Part shown: positions 52,050 through 62,664 of the stretch, in pieces
Numbering within the stretch: position 1 is the first letter of the stretch
How the letters are laid out: each line of letters starts with the position of its first letter
Assembly: GCF_963921235.1 (NCBI RefSeq)
Contig: NC_086120.1
Coordinates: 27,528,001 to 27,592,000 of the forward strand
Direction: 5' to 3'
DNA: 64,000 bases
From: Mobula hypostoma
Lineage: Eukaryota
Notes under the pieces: model-generated
Databases searched by the model: none
What the model was told of the DNA's origin: nothing
What the model saw: only the letters and a program-made list of their open reading frames with translations
Translations under genes and position numbers: made by a program

Positions 52050-52890
52050 TGAAAGTGGGTGAAGCGGAGTCAGAGGACCAGAGGCCATGGCAGGACAAGC
52101 CACTGCATGGGATGTCCCATCGCCAGATATCAGAGATGGCTGACATAGGAAAATCCTGCCAATGACTGGAAATGGCAGGGCTGGGGGACAGCACAGAGAT
52201 GTTCACGGTGACACAAGAACAGACGCTGAGCACAAGAGCAATAGAAGCAGGGGTCTATCACATCAGACAAGACCCGAGATGCAGACTCTGCAAAGAATCC
52301 GCTGAAACCATCCAGCACATAGTGGCAGGGTGCAAGATGCAGGCAGGGACAGCATACACTGAGTTACAGGAATTGTGTACAGGAACATCTGCACTGAGTA
52401 TGGATTGGACGCTCCCAAGTCCAAATGGGAAACATCCAAGAAGGTTGTGGAGAACGACAGAGCTAAGGTCCTGTGGGACTTCCAAATACAGACTGATAAA
52501 CAGGTACTGGCCAACCAACCAGACATAATACTGGACAAGGAACAGAAGAAAGCAAAAGTAATAGATGTGGAAACCTTGAATGACAGTAACGTCTGGAAGA
52601 AAAAATACGAGAAACTGGAAAAATACCAGGGCTTGAAAGAGCAGATAGAAAAGATGTGGAAGGTTAAAGCTGCAGTAATCCCAGTGATGATAAGGGCATT
52701 TGAGGCTGTGACACCTGGACTGGGAGAAGGGCTCCAACAAGCATCAGGGACAACGTCTGAGATCTCGGTCCAGAAAAGCACACTACTAGGAACGGCAAGG
52801 ATACTGAGCTGAACCCTCATGCTCCCAGGCCTCTGGTAGAGGACCTGAGATTGAGAGAAAAATACACATACACTCCACCCATAAGGGGTG
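52050..52890 (+). mobile_element. R4/Rex6-like LINE 3' part (CCHC + restriction-like endonuclease)
   Basis: WQDKPLHG, CRLCKESAETIQHIVAGC, LWDFQIQTD...NQPDII...VIDV, EKLEKYQGL. Confidence 0.88.
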
Positions 52891-53803
52891 AGAAAAATTA
52901 ATTATGTGATTTATTTTCCTCACCCATTATGGGTTATATAAAAAATATATATAGACACAGACACAAAGACACATATATATAATGTAGTTCACATGTTTTT
53001 TTTATTACGTGCTGTATTATATTGTACAGCTGCTGCAAAGACAACAAATTTCACAGCACATGCCAATGATACTAAACCTGATTCTGACATCAGCAACAAT
53101 AAGTACACCAAGGAAAGGGAATAAAGCTAGAAAGAAATGAAGCCATGAAACAAGAATGTGGGGAAGCAATAGAACACAATAATAGGGCAGTTAGAATGTT
53201 AAAGAGGATACACAGTTTTCAAAAATTGAGTTATAAAGATGCAAGCAATTCTAAGAAAAACAGTTCACAAAGTAAAACAGGAATATTGAAGAAAGTTTCG
53301 CGACTCTAGGAATACTTGCACCAATTGATAAGAGTTTGGAAAATGATGTAAACAATGAATGGTATCAGCAGGGAAATTGGGTCTCCAGTGCTACGTGATG
53401 GGGAGAGAGCTGCAGCACTGAATTTAGAGAAATCAGAAATACGCGTGCATACTTCTGTTAAAGTACACCGTCCTGATAATATAAGTGATGAAAGCAAGGA
53501 GAAGAGGGGAAACATTATTAGCAAACTTGTAAACATTAGGGAAGCATGAGAGACAGATGGAAATTTTGTGGCTACATTAAACCATGATGGAATTGGATAG
53601 TGTTCTTAGAAAAGGCAAAAGAAAAAATCCCCTGGGAGGGATCAGATAAGTTACGATACATTATCTAATTTGAGTGAGAAAGAAAAGGAAGTTATTTAAT
53701 CATGTATGGGGAGCAAGAAAGTCTTCCTAAAGGATAGAAAGAAGCAATCATAATTCCAATATGTAAACCAGGCAAAAATCCTAACATCCAGCAAGTTATA
53801 GAC

Positions 53804-54692
53804 CAGGGGTCGGCAACCTTTTTGCCTCTGTGGGCTGGATCGCATATTAATGAGTGCACGGCGGGCCAGATAAATGCCATAAAAAACCTGAAATATGGGA
53901 AATATCCATTTAAGTACATCTAGTTATGTTTTGCCTCAAATTAATGAATAACACGTGCTAGAAAATCATTTGTGCTTAACCAAGGATGCCAATTAGTAAT
54001 CAAAGAACCCAGTTTAGTTGCAATTTATTTCAATCAAGGCATCTTTTGAATCTATTAAAAGGACACAAAGAATCTTTAAACATAAAACGTATGAACATGA
54101 TGCATTGAATGGTGGTAAATTAAGTATAATTTTTAAAAATGTTAATGCAAACAGTCGACAAATCAATGTGAAACTTGATGCTGTTTGTTGTAATCTCGTG
54201 TCCAAGTGTATTGGAAATTTCGGCACTCAGTGTCTACCTTCCTGTGTTTTGAATTCATTACCATTGGATTTTTTTCCTTCGATTTTATTTCAAAACGCGA
54301 GTTATTCAACAAGTATTGTAGCACATGTAAATATCTGGACATTTAGCGTGGATTTCTTGTTAAAACACAGTGACGCTACGTCTGTTTACAAATTTGAATG
54401 ATCCCATCTGAAAACCTGTGCTTGCACAGAGAGTATCTAATACATATTAATAAGGCAGTCTGCCTTCCCGTCATTCGTATATACCAGGGTTTGGTTTGGA
54501 ACAAAATGGAACTTGGGGCCAGTGTAACGAGATGCAATGCATGTCCATCAGTGTGGTCATGTGAAATACTCAGAAAAAGGAAAAATCGCTCGCGGGCCGG
54601 AGAAGCATAGTATCCCAATATTTGCTCGCGGGCTGGTCAAAATACCTTCATGGGCTGGATCTGGCCCGCAGGCCGTAGGTTGCCTACCCCTG
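53804..54692. mobile_element. Non-autonomous hAT (Charlie-like) DNA transposon
   Basis: TIRs CAGGGGTCGGCAACC / GGTTGCCTACCCCTG; perfect 8-bp TSD TTATAGAC. Confidence 0.93.
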
Positions 54693-54700
54693 TTATAGAC

Positions 54701-54898
54701 TGTTGTGTATGTGGCCTGTTTACACAACAATGTTATTAATAAAAATGCTGGAGATGGGAGCTAAGTTTCATGGTTCTTTACTGGCAGAATCCAAACTCGG
54801 CACACACATACAGATCAATACGTGCCTAATAGCGCATTCAACAACGTGTTACTAAAGCATAAATTAGTCCCTTATTATACTGTAGACTATACAGTACA
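54701..54898 (-). repeat. 3' LTR (198 bp)
   Basis: Direct repeat of 58090-58285; preceded on the minus strand by the PPT AAAAGGGGAGGAG (54911-54899). Confidence 0.95.
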
Positions 54899-55120
54899 CT
54901 CCTCCCCTTTTATTTTATCAACTGTTTTTTTTTACTGGGGCACTATGCTAAACAAATATGTTTACCCTTAACATGCAAATGCCTACCATTGGTTTACTTA
55001 GTAACTTAATAATATCAAATTATAACAAGCTTTTTTTTTACTTTTGGTCTAAGACCCATTTATAACTCAAGTCTCTGCGGGGGAGGAGTCTTCTCTGCCT
55101 CTCCGGGTAACGTCTATCAA

Positions 55121-55391
55121 AAGGAAAGAAAAGGAAAGGTACGTCGCATCCGGAGTTTCTCTGTTTAGCAGACGATTTCCCTCCACAGCTCTCTGACGTG
55201 GTGGGGAACTGCGTACGAGGCAAGTTACAGCAGTGGTTTGCCATTGCCTTCTGTTGGGTGAGTTTCCAAAGAGATCACCAGCTCATAACCCAGTACTGAT
55301 GGAAAGTGTTCAGGGGAGCCGGCTGGATTTGAACTTGGGACCTTTCGTCCCAAAGTCCGACGCTGATGCCACTACGCCACCAGCCGAGTCT
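55121..55391 (-). mobile_element. tRNA-derived SINE with RTE-like 3' tail inserted in the LTR element
   Basis: A box TGGCGTAGTGG, B box GTTCAAATCC, GAAGGCAATGGCAAACCACT motif, (CCTTT)n tail; near-identical 8-bp flanks TTGACAGA/TTGATAGA. Confidence 0.8.
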
Positions 55392-55503
55392 TCTGTCAAT
55401 AAGCTTGTTTGTTTTAATACAGATTTCCATATAAAAGTCATGAAAAGTTGACCTCTGAGCATATGGAGTTAAGAAGATGTGCGCCTCCAACTTGCTAAGA
55501 GTT

Positions 55504-56437
55504 CTAGGCAGCAGATAGCCTCTGTATAATGAAGACTCCTCTGTGCAGTTGTCCTAGATATATACGCACCTTTGTGCTATCACTAGTCTTCCTTATCCAT
55601 ATCTCATTTGTTCCAATGGAGCTAATTACACAGCCAATCTTCGTATTCTCCTTAGATTCCAAATAGATAGTCTGACCTTTATGATACCACCTCTTATCGT
55701 TATGTAATTTTTCATCTTCTATTCATGCTTCATATCTTTGTGCTGGTGATTCAGCAGGAATGCTGGGAAGATGCTCAGGAGAAGATGGAGATGCAGGTTT
55801 TTTCGGAGATTTAAGCTTATTGAGAGTTCGCAGATCTTCCATTATCTGTTCATCTGTGAACAAGTAATGTAACTGCGTACGTGCAGATTTTTGTCTTTTG
55901 TCTGTAATTGGATCAGGGTCATTAGGTCTTCTCCTTAGTTTCCTAGTCACTATTGGCTTTACCTCCATAGAATCTCCTGTGAGTTCCATTGTTAGCCTCT
56001 CATTCTCAATCATCTTTTTCTTTTCTTTTAACTCAATCTTTTTATCTTCAAATTCCTTCACTGCTGCGTTCTTCTCTTTAATATAATTCCTTTCCACTTG
56101 TTCTGTCTCCAGTTGCAGAAAAAGCTCTGCATTTCATATTCTTTCCTAGTATTGTTGATCTAGTTTCTTCATCCTTTTCTGATACTCCTGCAAAGTGCCT
56201 TCCTGTAACTGCTGTAGCTGTCTTTTGAGAGATGTCAATTTCTCCTGGTACATCTGCTCTTTTACTTCCAGGTAGTCTTCATCATCTTGCTTATTGGCAA
56301 TATCTGTCTCCCTTGCATCCTCTCTATCTTCATCTGAGTCGCGGCTATGGATACTGCTTGTCCTCATCGTCGACACTGTCTAGCTCCTCCTCGTCATTGT
56401 AATAGTTGACAGTGGGTGAGAGGAGAGCTGTAGACGT
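55504..56437 (-). pseudogene. SUDS3: Intronless processed copy of SUDS3 (SIN3/HDAC subunit SDS3) inside the LTR element
   Basis: [38 protein letters not shown]...[11 protein letters not shown]...KRWYHK...[20 protein letters not shown]; start codon mutated to ACG, one frameshift near 56356, stops at 56146, 56134 and 55723, about 24-nt deletion; no introns. Confidence 0.95.
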
Positions 56438-56451
56438 CTTCCCTGCCGAGC

Positions 56452-57725
56452 TAGTGCCTTGATGGTGTGCCAATCCAACTGGATTTTCCTGAGCCATTCA
56501 CATCCCAGCAATGGTGGTCCTCCATTTTTCAGTACATAGAGGTTCAGCTGCTGTGTTTTGTCTCATAGGTCACTGTCACTTTAATTTTACCTTTCGGACA
56601 CACTTTCTGTCCTATGTTAAGTCTTTAGCAGTAGTTTAGTTCATTTCAGAGGTATGTAAAACAGACGTTTGTAGTCGTGTACAGAGATCACTGTTAAAGC
56701 TGAGCCTGTGTCCAACTCCATTTTCAGTCTCATGCCTGCCACTTGTGGAGTGATCCTCGTTACTCTTTGATCATCTGTCTCTTTCACACTGTGAAGCTGC
56801 AGACAAGACAATTCACTTTCGTCTGAGTTGTTTTCATCGGAACTGCTTTCTTCCATTTTGTGTACATTGTAATGTTTTCCTTTCTGGGGCTTCTTGTTTC
56901 TCTGTATTTTGTCCTTTTTCTGTTGTTTACTAGCTTTGCATACTCTGCTAGTGTGGCCCTGTTTGCCACAGTTTCTGCATTCTTTGTCTTTAAACCAACA
57001 GTCATCAGGGTCACTTGACATGTTCCCACAACAGTAACATTGTTTACTAGCTTTGGATACTCTGGCAATGTGGCCCTGTTTGCGACAGTTTCTGCATTCT
57101 TTGCCTTTAAAACGACAGTCATCAGGGTCATTTGACATGTTCCCACAACGGTAACATTTCTTTCCTTCATTTCTGTTCAGTGACATTTTATTTGTAGCAT
57201 ATTCCAGAGATTTTTGTTGTATCTCTGAAGCACCCTGTGCTGCTGTTTCCAATGATATTGCAATGTTCTGCGCCTTCTCTAATGTGAGGTCTTTTTTACC
57301 CAGGGGCTTCTTCTGTGTGGTTTCACAGTGCATGCCACACACTAACCTGTCTCTCAATGCGTCCGATAGACCAGCTCCAAATTGACAATGTTCTGATAAT
57401 TTGCGCAATTCAGCACAATATTCAGAAATACTTTCATTTTTGCTCTGAACCTGTTTGTGAAATTTAAATCAATGACTAATGGTCTGGGGTTTAAATGACG
57501 TTGGAGAGCGTCTACTATTTGCTTGAACATTTTGTCAGCTGGCTTTTCTGGGGTTAACAAGCTCCGTAGCAGCCCGTATGTTTTTGTTCCCATAATACAT
57601 AAGATGCTGGCTTTCTTTTCATCATTGACACCGTTAGCCTCACAATATAACTTCACTCTCTCAATGTAAATTGCCCAGTCTTCAATGCCACTATCAAATG
57701 CTGTAATGGTTCCAATCATCGCCAT
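56452..57725 (-). pseudogene. gag-protease of the LTR element (frameshifted, with stops)
   Basis: MAMIGTITAFDSGIEDWAIYIERVKLYCEANG (gag N-terminus); LRDRLVCG; CX2CX4HX4C-type knuckles; MELDTGSA protease; ends GPPLLGCEWLRKIQLDWHTIKAL. Confidence 0.92.
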
Positions 57726-57860
57726 CTTTGTTATGTTAATTTAGCCCTGTTTTCCCCTTGTTTTCTTTTTGACTCACGTGTCCTTTTTGCTAGCGCAACG
57801 AATGCACTCTGTCTAGATGTGTGTTTGACGCTCCGCAGGCAGACCCTCAACCCCTGGGGA

Positions 57861-58022
57861 TCAGCGCCGGGGTGGTCTTGCCTGGATGTGCTGCGGCTCC
57901 TATTGTGTCTCTTGGTCTCCTGACATTCCCAACCCCGGCTGTGCTCCTGCTTCCTTTCGGACTCGCGGCCTCGCTCTGCCTCCTTCTCCAGCTCCTTGGC
58001 TCGTTCCTTGCGCTCTTCCTCC
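57861..58022 (-). pseudogene. ACIN1: Captured fragment resembling the C-terminal RS/RE-rich end of ACIN1 (Acinus)
   Basis: EEERKERAKELEKEAERGRESERKQEHSRG...ETKRHNRSRSTS...RR* versus recalled ACIN1 EEEQKEREKEAERE...KRREHSRE...DTKRHSRSRSRST...RR*; CAG/TGG/TGT codons fit CpG decay of Arg codons; more GC-rich than the rest of the element. Confidence 0.68.
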
Positions 58023-58073
58023 AAGTGTCATTATCAGCTAAAACCCGGTGTTCCGATAAGATGTAGGTTCATT

Positions 58074-58086
58074 AACCTCGTCACCA
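58074..58086 (-). other. Primer-binding site, probably tRNA-Ser(GCU)
   Basis: TGGTGACGAGGTT 3 nt from the LTR; the complement of the tRNA-Ser(GCU) 3' end is TGGCGACGAGGAT. Confidence 0.7.
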
Positions 58087-58089
58087 ATT

Positions 58090-58285
58090 TGTTGTGTATG
58101 TGGCCTGTTTACACAACAATGCTATTAATAAAAACGCTGGAGACGGGAGCTAAATTTCATGGTTCTTTACTGGCAGAATCCGAACTCAGCACACACACGT
58201 AAAGATCAATACGTGCCTAATAGCGCAATGACGTGTTACTAAAGCATAAAGTAGTCCCTTATTATACTGTAGGCTATACGGTACA
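58090..58285 (-). repeat. 5' LTR (196 bp)
   Basis: About 93% identical to 54701-54898; TG...CA termini; followed on the minus strand by the PBS. Confidence 0.95.
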
Positions 58286-60980
58286 TAGACCAATAGCATT
58301 AACCTCACATTTATAGAAAGCCATGGAAAAGATGATTAATAAGAGATTGACATATTACGTTGAAACAAGATGAAGTATTTTTAAACATCAGATTGTATTT
58401 AGGAGAGGAGGTCTGACATCTAGAACATGAGGTGAGGAGGGCTCAATTGAAGAAAGAAAGCATAGTAGCAGTCTTTTCGGATGTAGAGAAAGCAAACGAC
58501 ATGATGTGGAAGGAAGGTCTGATCATCAAATTACATAAATTCAGAATTGGAGGTCAACTGCTAAATTGGATAAAAGATTTTTTAGTTGGTTGATCTATCA
58601 TGGTGCAAGTAGGGAAAACTTGGTCAAGTAAGCAAATTGTGGAAGATGGAACCCCTCAGGGAAGTGTTGTTCGTCCATTATTATTTGCTATAATGATAAA
58701 TTGAGAGAGAGAGAGAGAGAGAAGTATTGGAGTTTCATTATTTGCAGATGATAGAGCCATGTGGAAAAGGGTTGGGAATGTGGAATTTACAGTATCATAC
58801 TGAAACTTCAAGAGGCAATAGTTAAAGTGGAAGATGAGGCAATGAAAAGGGGATTCAGACTTGCAGCAATGAAATCCAAAATAATTTTTTTCACTAAGAA
58901 GAGGAGAGAGCAACAATTAAAAACTAAAACTTTATATCATAGACTTAAAAAGTGTGGATACCTTTAAATTTTTAAGAATTTGGTTTGATAAATGACTCAT
59001 GTGGTCAACAAATATTAAGCAAATAATAACCAAAAGTAAAATGTGCTAAATGTTCTGAGGTATTTAATAGGAAAGGTATGGGGAGCTGATAGGAAATCCT
59101 TGAAGGTAATATATATAGGATTAATAAGATCAATACTGGACTATGATAGTATGGTATATTGATCAGCATCACACTTTATGTTCAGGAAACTGGATACAAT
59201 TCAAAGTCGTGGATGAAGGTTAATCAGTGGAGCAATAAGAACACCAGTGGTGACAATGCAGGTGGAGTTGGGAGAAACACCTCTGGAATTGAGAAGATCA
59301 CAGCTTGCGTTAACATATTGGCTAAACCTACAAGGGTCTGGAGAAAATCATCCAAGTAAACAGCTTTAGATCCATGCTGGAAAAAGGAAAGAAAGAAAAT
59401 CAGAAGTTTTGCATGAACTGTTGAAGGAAAAGCAGAAAGGACAGGAATTCATAATAAGGCAGTGATTGATACGCTGCTTTTTCCTGAGCTGCCTCCATTG
59501 CTGTGTGAAGCACCAGAGGTGGATCTTAAATTATTCGAAAGGAGACAGAAAACTAGAGAAGTGATTTAAAATCAAGATATAGTTGAATTTTATATGAATA
59601 ATAATTATAGATATTTACAAATGCTTCAGGTAGTGCCTGATTTTAACATTAAAAAGCAGGTGAGAATGCATGATGATTTCTCAGTGTATACAGGTGGAAT
59701 GACAGCTGGACTGTTCACTTTGCAGTGGGTAGAGGGTGTGAAACTTATAAAAGTTGTAATATTGTCTGATTCAAGCACAGCAATCGGGAGTCTAAAAGAT
59801 TTACATTCTGATGTGTGAGATAATACAAACCTTATTTAGACTCAAAATGATACAGCTCTGTTTATGTTTTATACGGATTCCATTACGTATTGGTATTAGA
59901 GGGAAAGAGCGAGCAGGCAAATTAGCAAAGGAGGCAACGAGACAAACAGAAGTGGACATTTAAATAGAGTAAAGGAGAAATGAAAAACATTATTAAAGGT
60001 AAAATCAAAAACGTGGAGAAAATAATGGGATGGTGAGAGAACAAGAAGACATCTTTATAGTATCCAGAAAGTCGGATAGTCGAGGAACGCAGGAAGGAGG
60101 TTATAAAATCAAGATTGAAGTTTGGGCACCCAGGATTAAATAGTACATTGTTTTTAATGAAGAAACATAATAATGAGAGGTGCGAATACTGTAATCAGCC
60201 AGAAACGGTCAAGCATGTACCGGTGAGGTGTTCAAGATATAATGAAGAGAGTGGATGGGTGATTTAAAGTTATCATGGAATTTAACATTAACATTGGTTT
60301 GCAGAGGGATCACAGGATTAGTGCTTTAAATGTATAGTGTAGTTTCTAAAAATACAGGACTTCTTTTTTAAATATAGAATTTGATCCAAATATGTAAGGT
60401 TTAGATATCCTGACCCACACTCCAGTTCAGAAGATGGCAGTAATGCACCTTAAAGCTGTTGGCAAGCAGCCATAAAACCTCGGAAGTAGTAAAACAACAC
60501 TGAGCACACGAATCTCCCAGCTCCGTGTTTTTATTCCAATTAGTTTTATGTTTTGGAGTTTAACAACATAAGAAGTGGCAACGAAGAAGTTTTATGTGAA
60601 CCTGAGGTGAGTACCCCCCAGCAAGAAAAAATCTGCAGATGCTGGAAATCTGGCAGCATCTATGGAAAAAAAGTCAGAAAATGCTGGAAGAATTCAGCAG
60701 GCCAGGCAGCAACTATGGAAAAAAGTACAGTCGACGTTTCGGGCTGAGGGTCCCTCCAGCATTTTGTGGGTGTTGCGTGTCTACTCATCTGTTGAAGTGC
60801 AGCAAGATGTTTGGGTTAAAAAAAAGAACAGTGAGTCATTTGAGATTTTTAAAAAGGCAGAGAATGGATGAATTCATGGGTTCATAATCTTTCTCTCTCT
60901 CTCTCTCTCTATCTCTCTCATATATATACATACATATACACACACACCTTATATATTAAATATGCACGCACATGTATATA

Positions 60981-61280
60981 GTGTTGGCACGTGGCCAAGT
61001 GGTTAAGGCGTTCGTCTAGTGATTTGAAGGTCGCTAGTTCAAGCCTTGGCTGAGGCAGTGTGTGTGTCCTTGAGCAAGGCACATAACCACACATTGCTCT
61101 GTGACGACACCAGTGCCAAGCTGTATGGGTCCTAGTACCCTTCCCTTGGACGACATCGGTGGCATGGAGAGGGGAGACTTGCAGCATGGGCAACTGCTGG
61201 TCTTCCATACAACCTTGCTCCTGGAAACCTTCCAAGGAGCAAATCCATGGTCTCATGAGGATAACGGATGCCTATTATTA
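60981..61280 (+). mobile_element. tRNA-derived SINE
   Basis: TGGCCAAGTGG A box, GTTCAAGCC B box, GTCCTTGAGCAAGGCAC motif, (TAT)n tail, inserted in a TA/CA microsatellite. Confidence 0.75.
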
Positions 61281-61321
61281 TTATGCACGCACACGCATAT
61301 ATACACATGCACACATATATA

Positions 61322-62540
61322 CAGTGCTTATAAAAAGTATTCACCCCACTCCCCTGAAAGTTTATATGTTTTATGGTTTTACAACATTAAATGACGGTGG
61401 ATTTAATTTGGCTTTTTTTTTAACACTGATCACCGGAAAATACTCTTTCATGCAAAAGTCAAAAAAGATCTCTACAAAGTGATCTAAATTAGTTACAATT
61501 ATAAAACACGAAATAATTGATTGCATGAGTATTCACTCCCTTCAAGTTAGTATTTAGTAGATGCACCTTTGGCAGCAATTGCAGCTTTGAGTCTGTGTGG
61601 ATAGGTCTCTATCAGCTTTGCACATCTGGACACTGCAATTTTTCCCCATTCTTCTTTACTAAACTGCTCAAGCTCTGTCAGATTGAATGGGGATCCATGA
61701 GTGACCAGCCCTTTTCTTGTCCAACCACAAATTCTCAATTGGATTGAGGTCTGGACTTTGACTTGACCACTCCAGGACATTAACTGTGTTATTTTTAAGC
61801 CATTCCTGTGTAGCTTTGGCTTCTTGCTTGAGGTCATTGTCTTGTTGGAAAACAATTCTTCTCCTAAGTCGCAGATCTCTTGCAGACTGCGTCAGGTTTT
61901 CCTCCAGGATTTCCATGTATTTTGCTGCATTCATTTTACCCTCTACCTTGTGTGCTGCAGTGAAGCATCCCCATAGCATGATGCAGCCACCACCATGCTT
62001 CATGGTAGGGATGGTGTGCTTTTGATGTGCGGTGTTTGGCTTCCCAAACATAGTGTTAGTCTGATGGCCAAAAAGCTCAATTTTGGTTTCACCAGACCAT
62101 AGAGTCATCTTCCAGCTGAATTCAGAGTCTCCCACATGCATTCTGGCAAAGTCTAGCTGCGATTTCATGTGAGTTTTTTCCAACAGTAGCTTTCTCTTTG
62201 CCACTCTCCCATCTCAGCCAATGAAGCTTGTAACTCTTCCAGAGTTGTCAAAGGTCTCTTGGTGGCCTCCCTCACCCATTCCCTTCTTACACGGTCACTC
62301 AGTTTTTGAGGACGGCCTGCTCTAACAGTACTGTACTCCAAGGGATATTTGGTGATTTGAAAATGTTCTTGTATCCATCTCCTGATTTGTGCTTTTCAAT
62401 AACATTTTCACCTTCTCACAGAGTTGCTTGGAGTCTTCATGGTGTAGTTTTAGCCAAAATATTGACTCATCAGCAGCTGGACCTTCCAGATACAGGTATA
62501 TTTCTTACTACAATCAATTGAAAGACTGCATAATGTGATC
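61322..62540 (-). mobile_element. Tc1 transposon of a different family, one end truncated
   Basis: TA-CAGTGCTTATAAAAAGTATTCACCCC TIR; KHGGGCIMLWGCF, FQQDND, SQSPDLNPIENLW. Confidence 0.9.
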
Positions 62541-62555
62541 TCCATCTGAAACCAC

Positions 62556-62664
62556 ATATTTTGTTTTAATTATAAAATAAGACTTTGTTATACAGTGGGA
62601 ATCCATTCTTTTTCAGGTACACAGTCTGTACTTTACCATTAAAGTCAATCCATCATAGATGGAT
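62556..62664 (+). repeat. 109-bp direct repeat, copy 2, ending at the CR1 tail
   Basis: Matches 42406-42514. Confidence 0.9.

Larger units (their letters stand above)
54701..58285 (-). mobile_element. Gypsy (Mag-like) LTR retrotransposon, non-autonomous, with captured host sequences
   Basis: Two ~197-bp TG...CA direct repeats; TAGAC TSD (54696-54700, 58286-58290); PBS, PPT, gag with zinc knuckles, aspartic protease LDTGS. Confidence 0.95.
53092..60490 (+). mobile_element. Decayed I/Nimb-type LINE (RT + RNase H + CCHC), interrupted by the hAT and LTR elements
   Basis: IIPICKPGKNP...SYR|PIALTSH split at the insertion site; GTPQGSV and LFADD RT motifs near 58650-58750; RNase H remnants VILSDS and IGIRG; CEYCNQPETVKH knuckle; 3' hairpin GGCAGTAATGCACC. 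Confidence 0.8.

Noticed and set aside
55330-55390. tRNA gene (also 60985-61055)
   Set aside because: A and B boxes are SINE heads continuing into SINE bodies and tails; no complete cloverleaf
55504-56437. Calling the retrocopy BRMS1/BRMS1L, or a functional gene
   Set aside because: Motifs [20 protein letters not shown] and RIYLGQL match SUDS3 specifically; the mutated start, frameshift and three stops exclude a functional CDS
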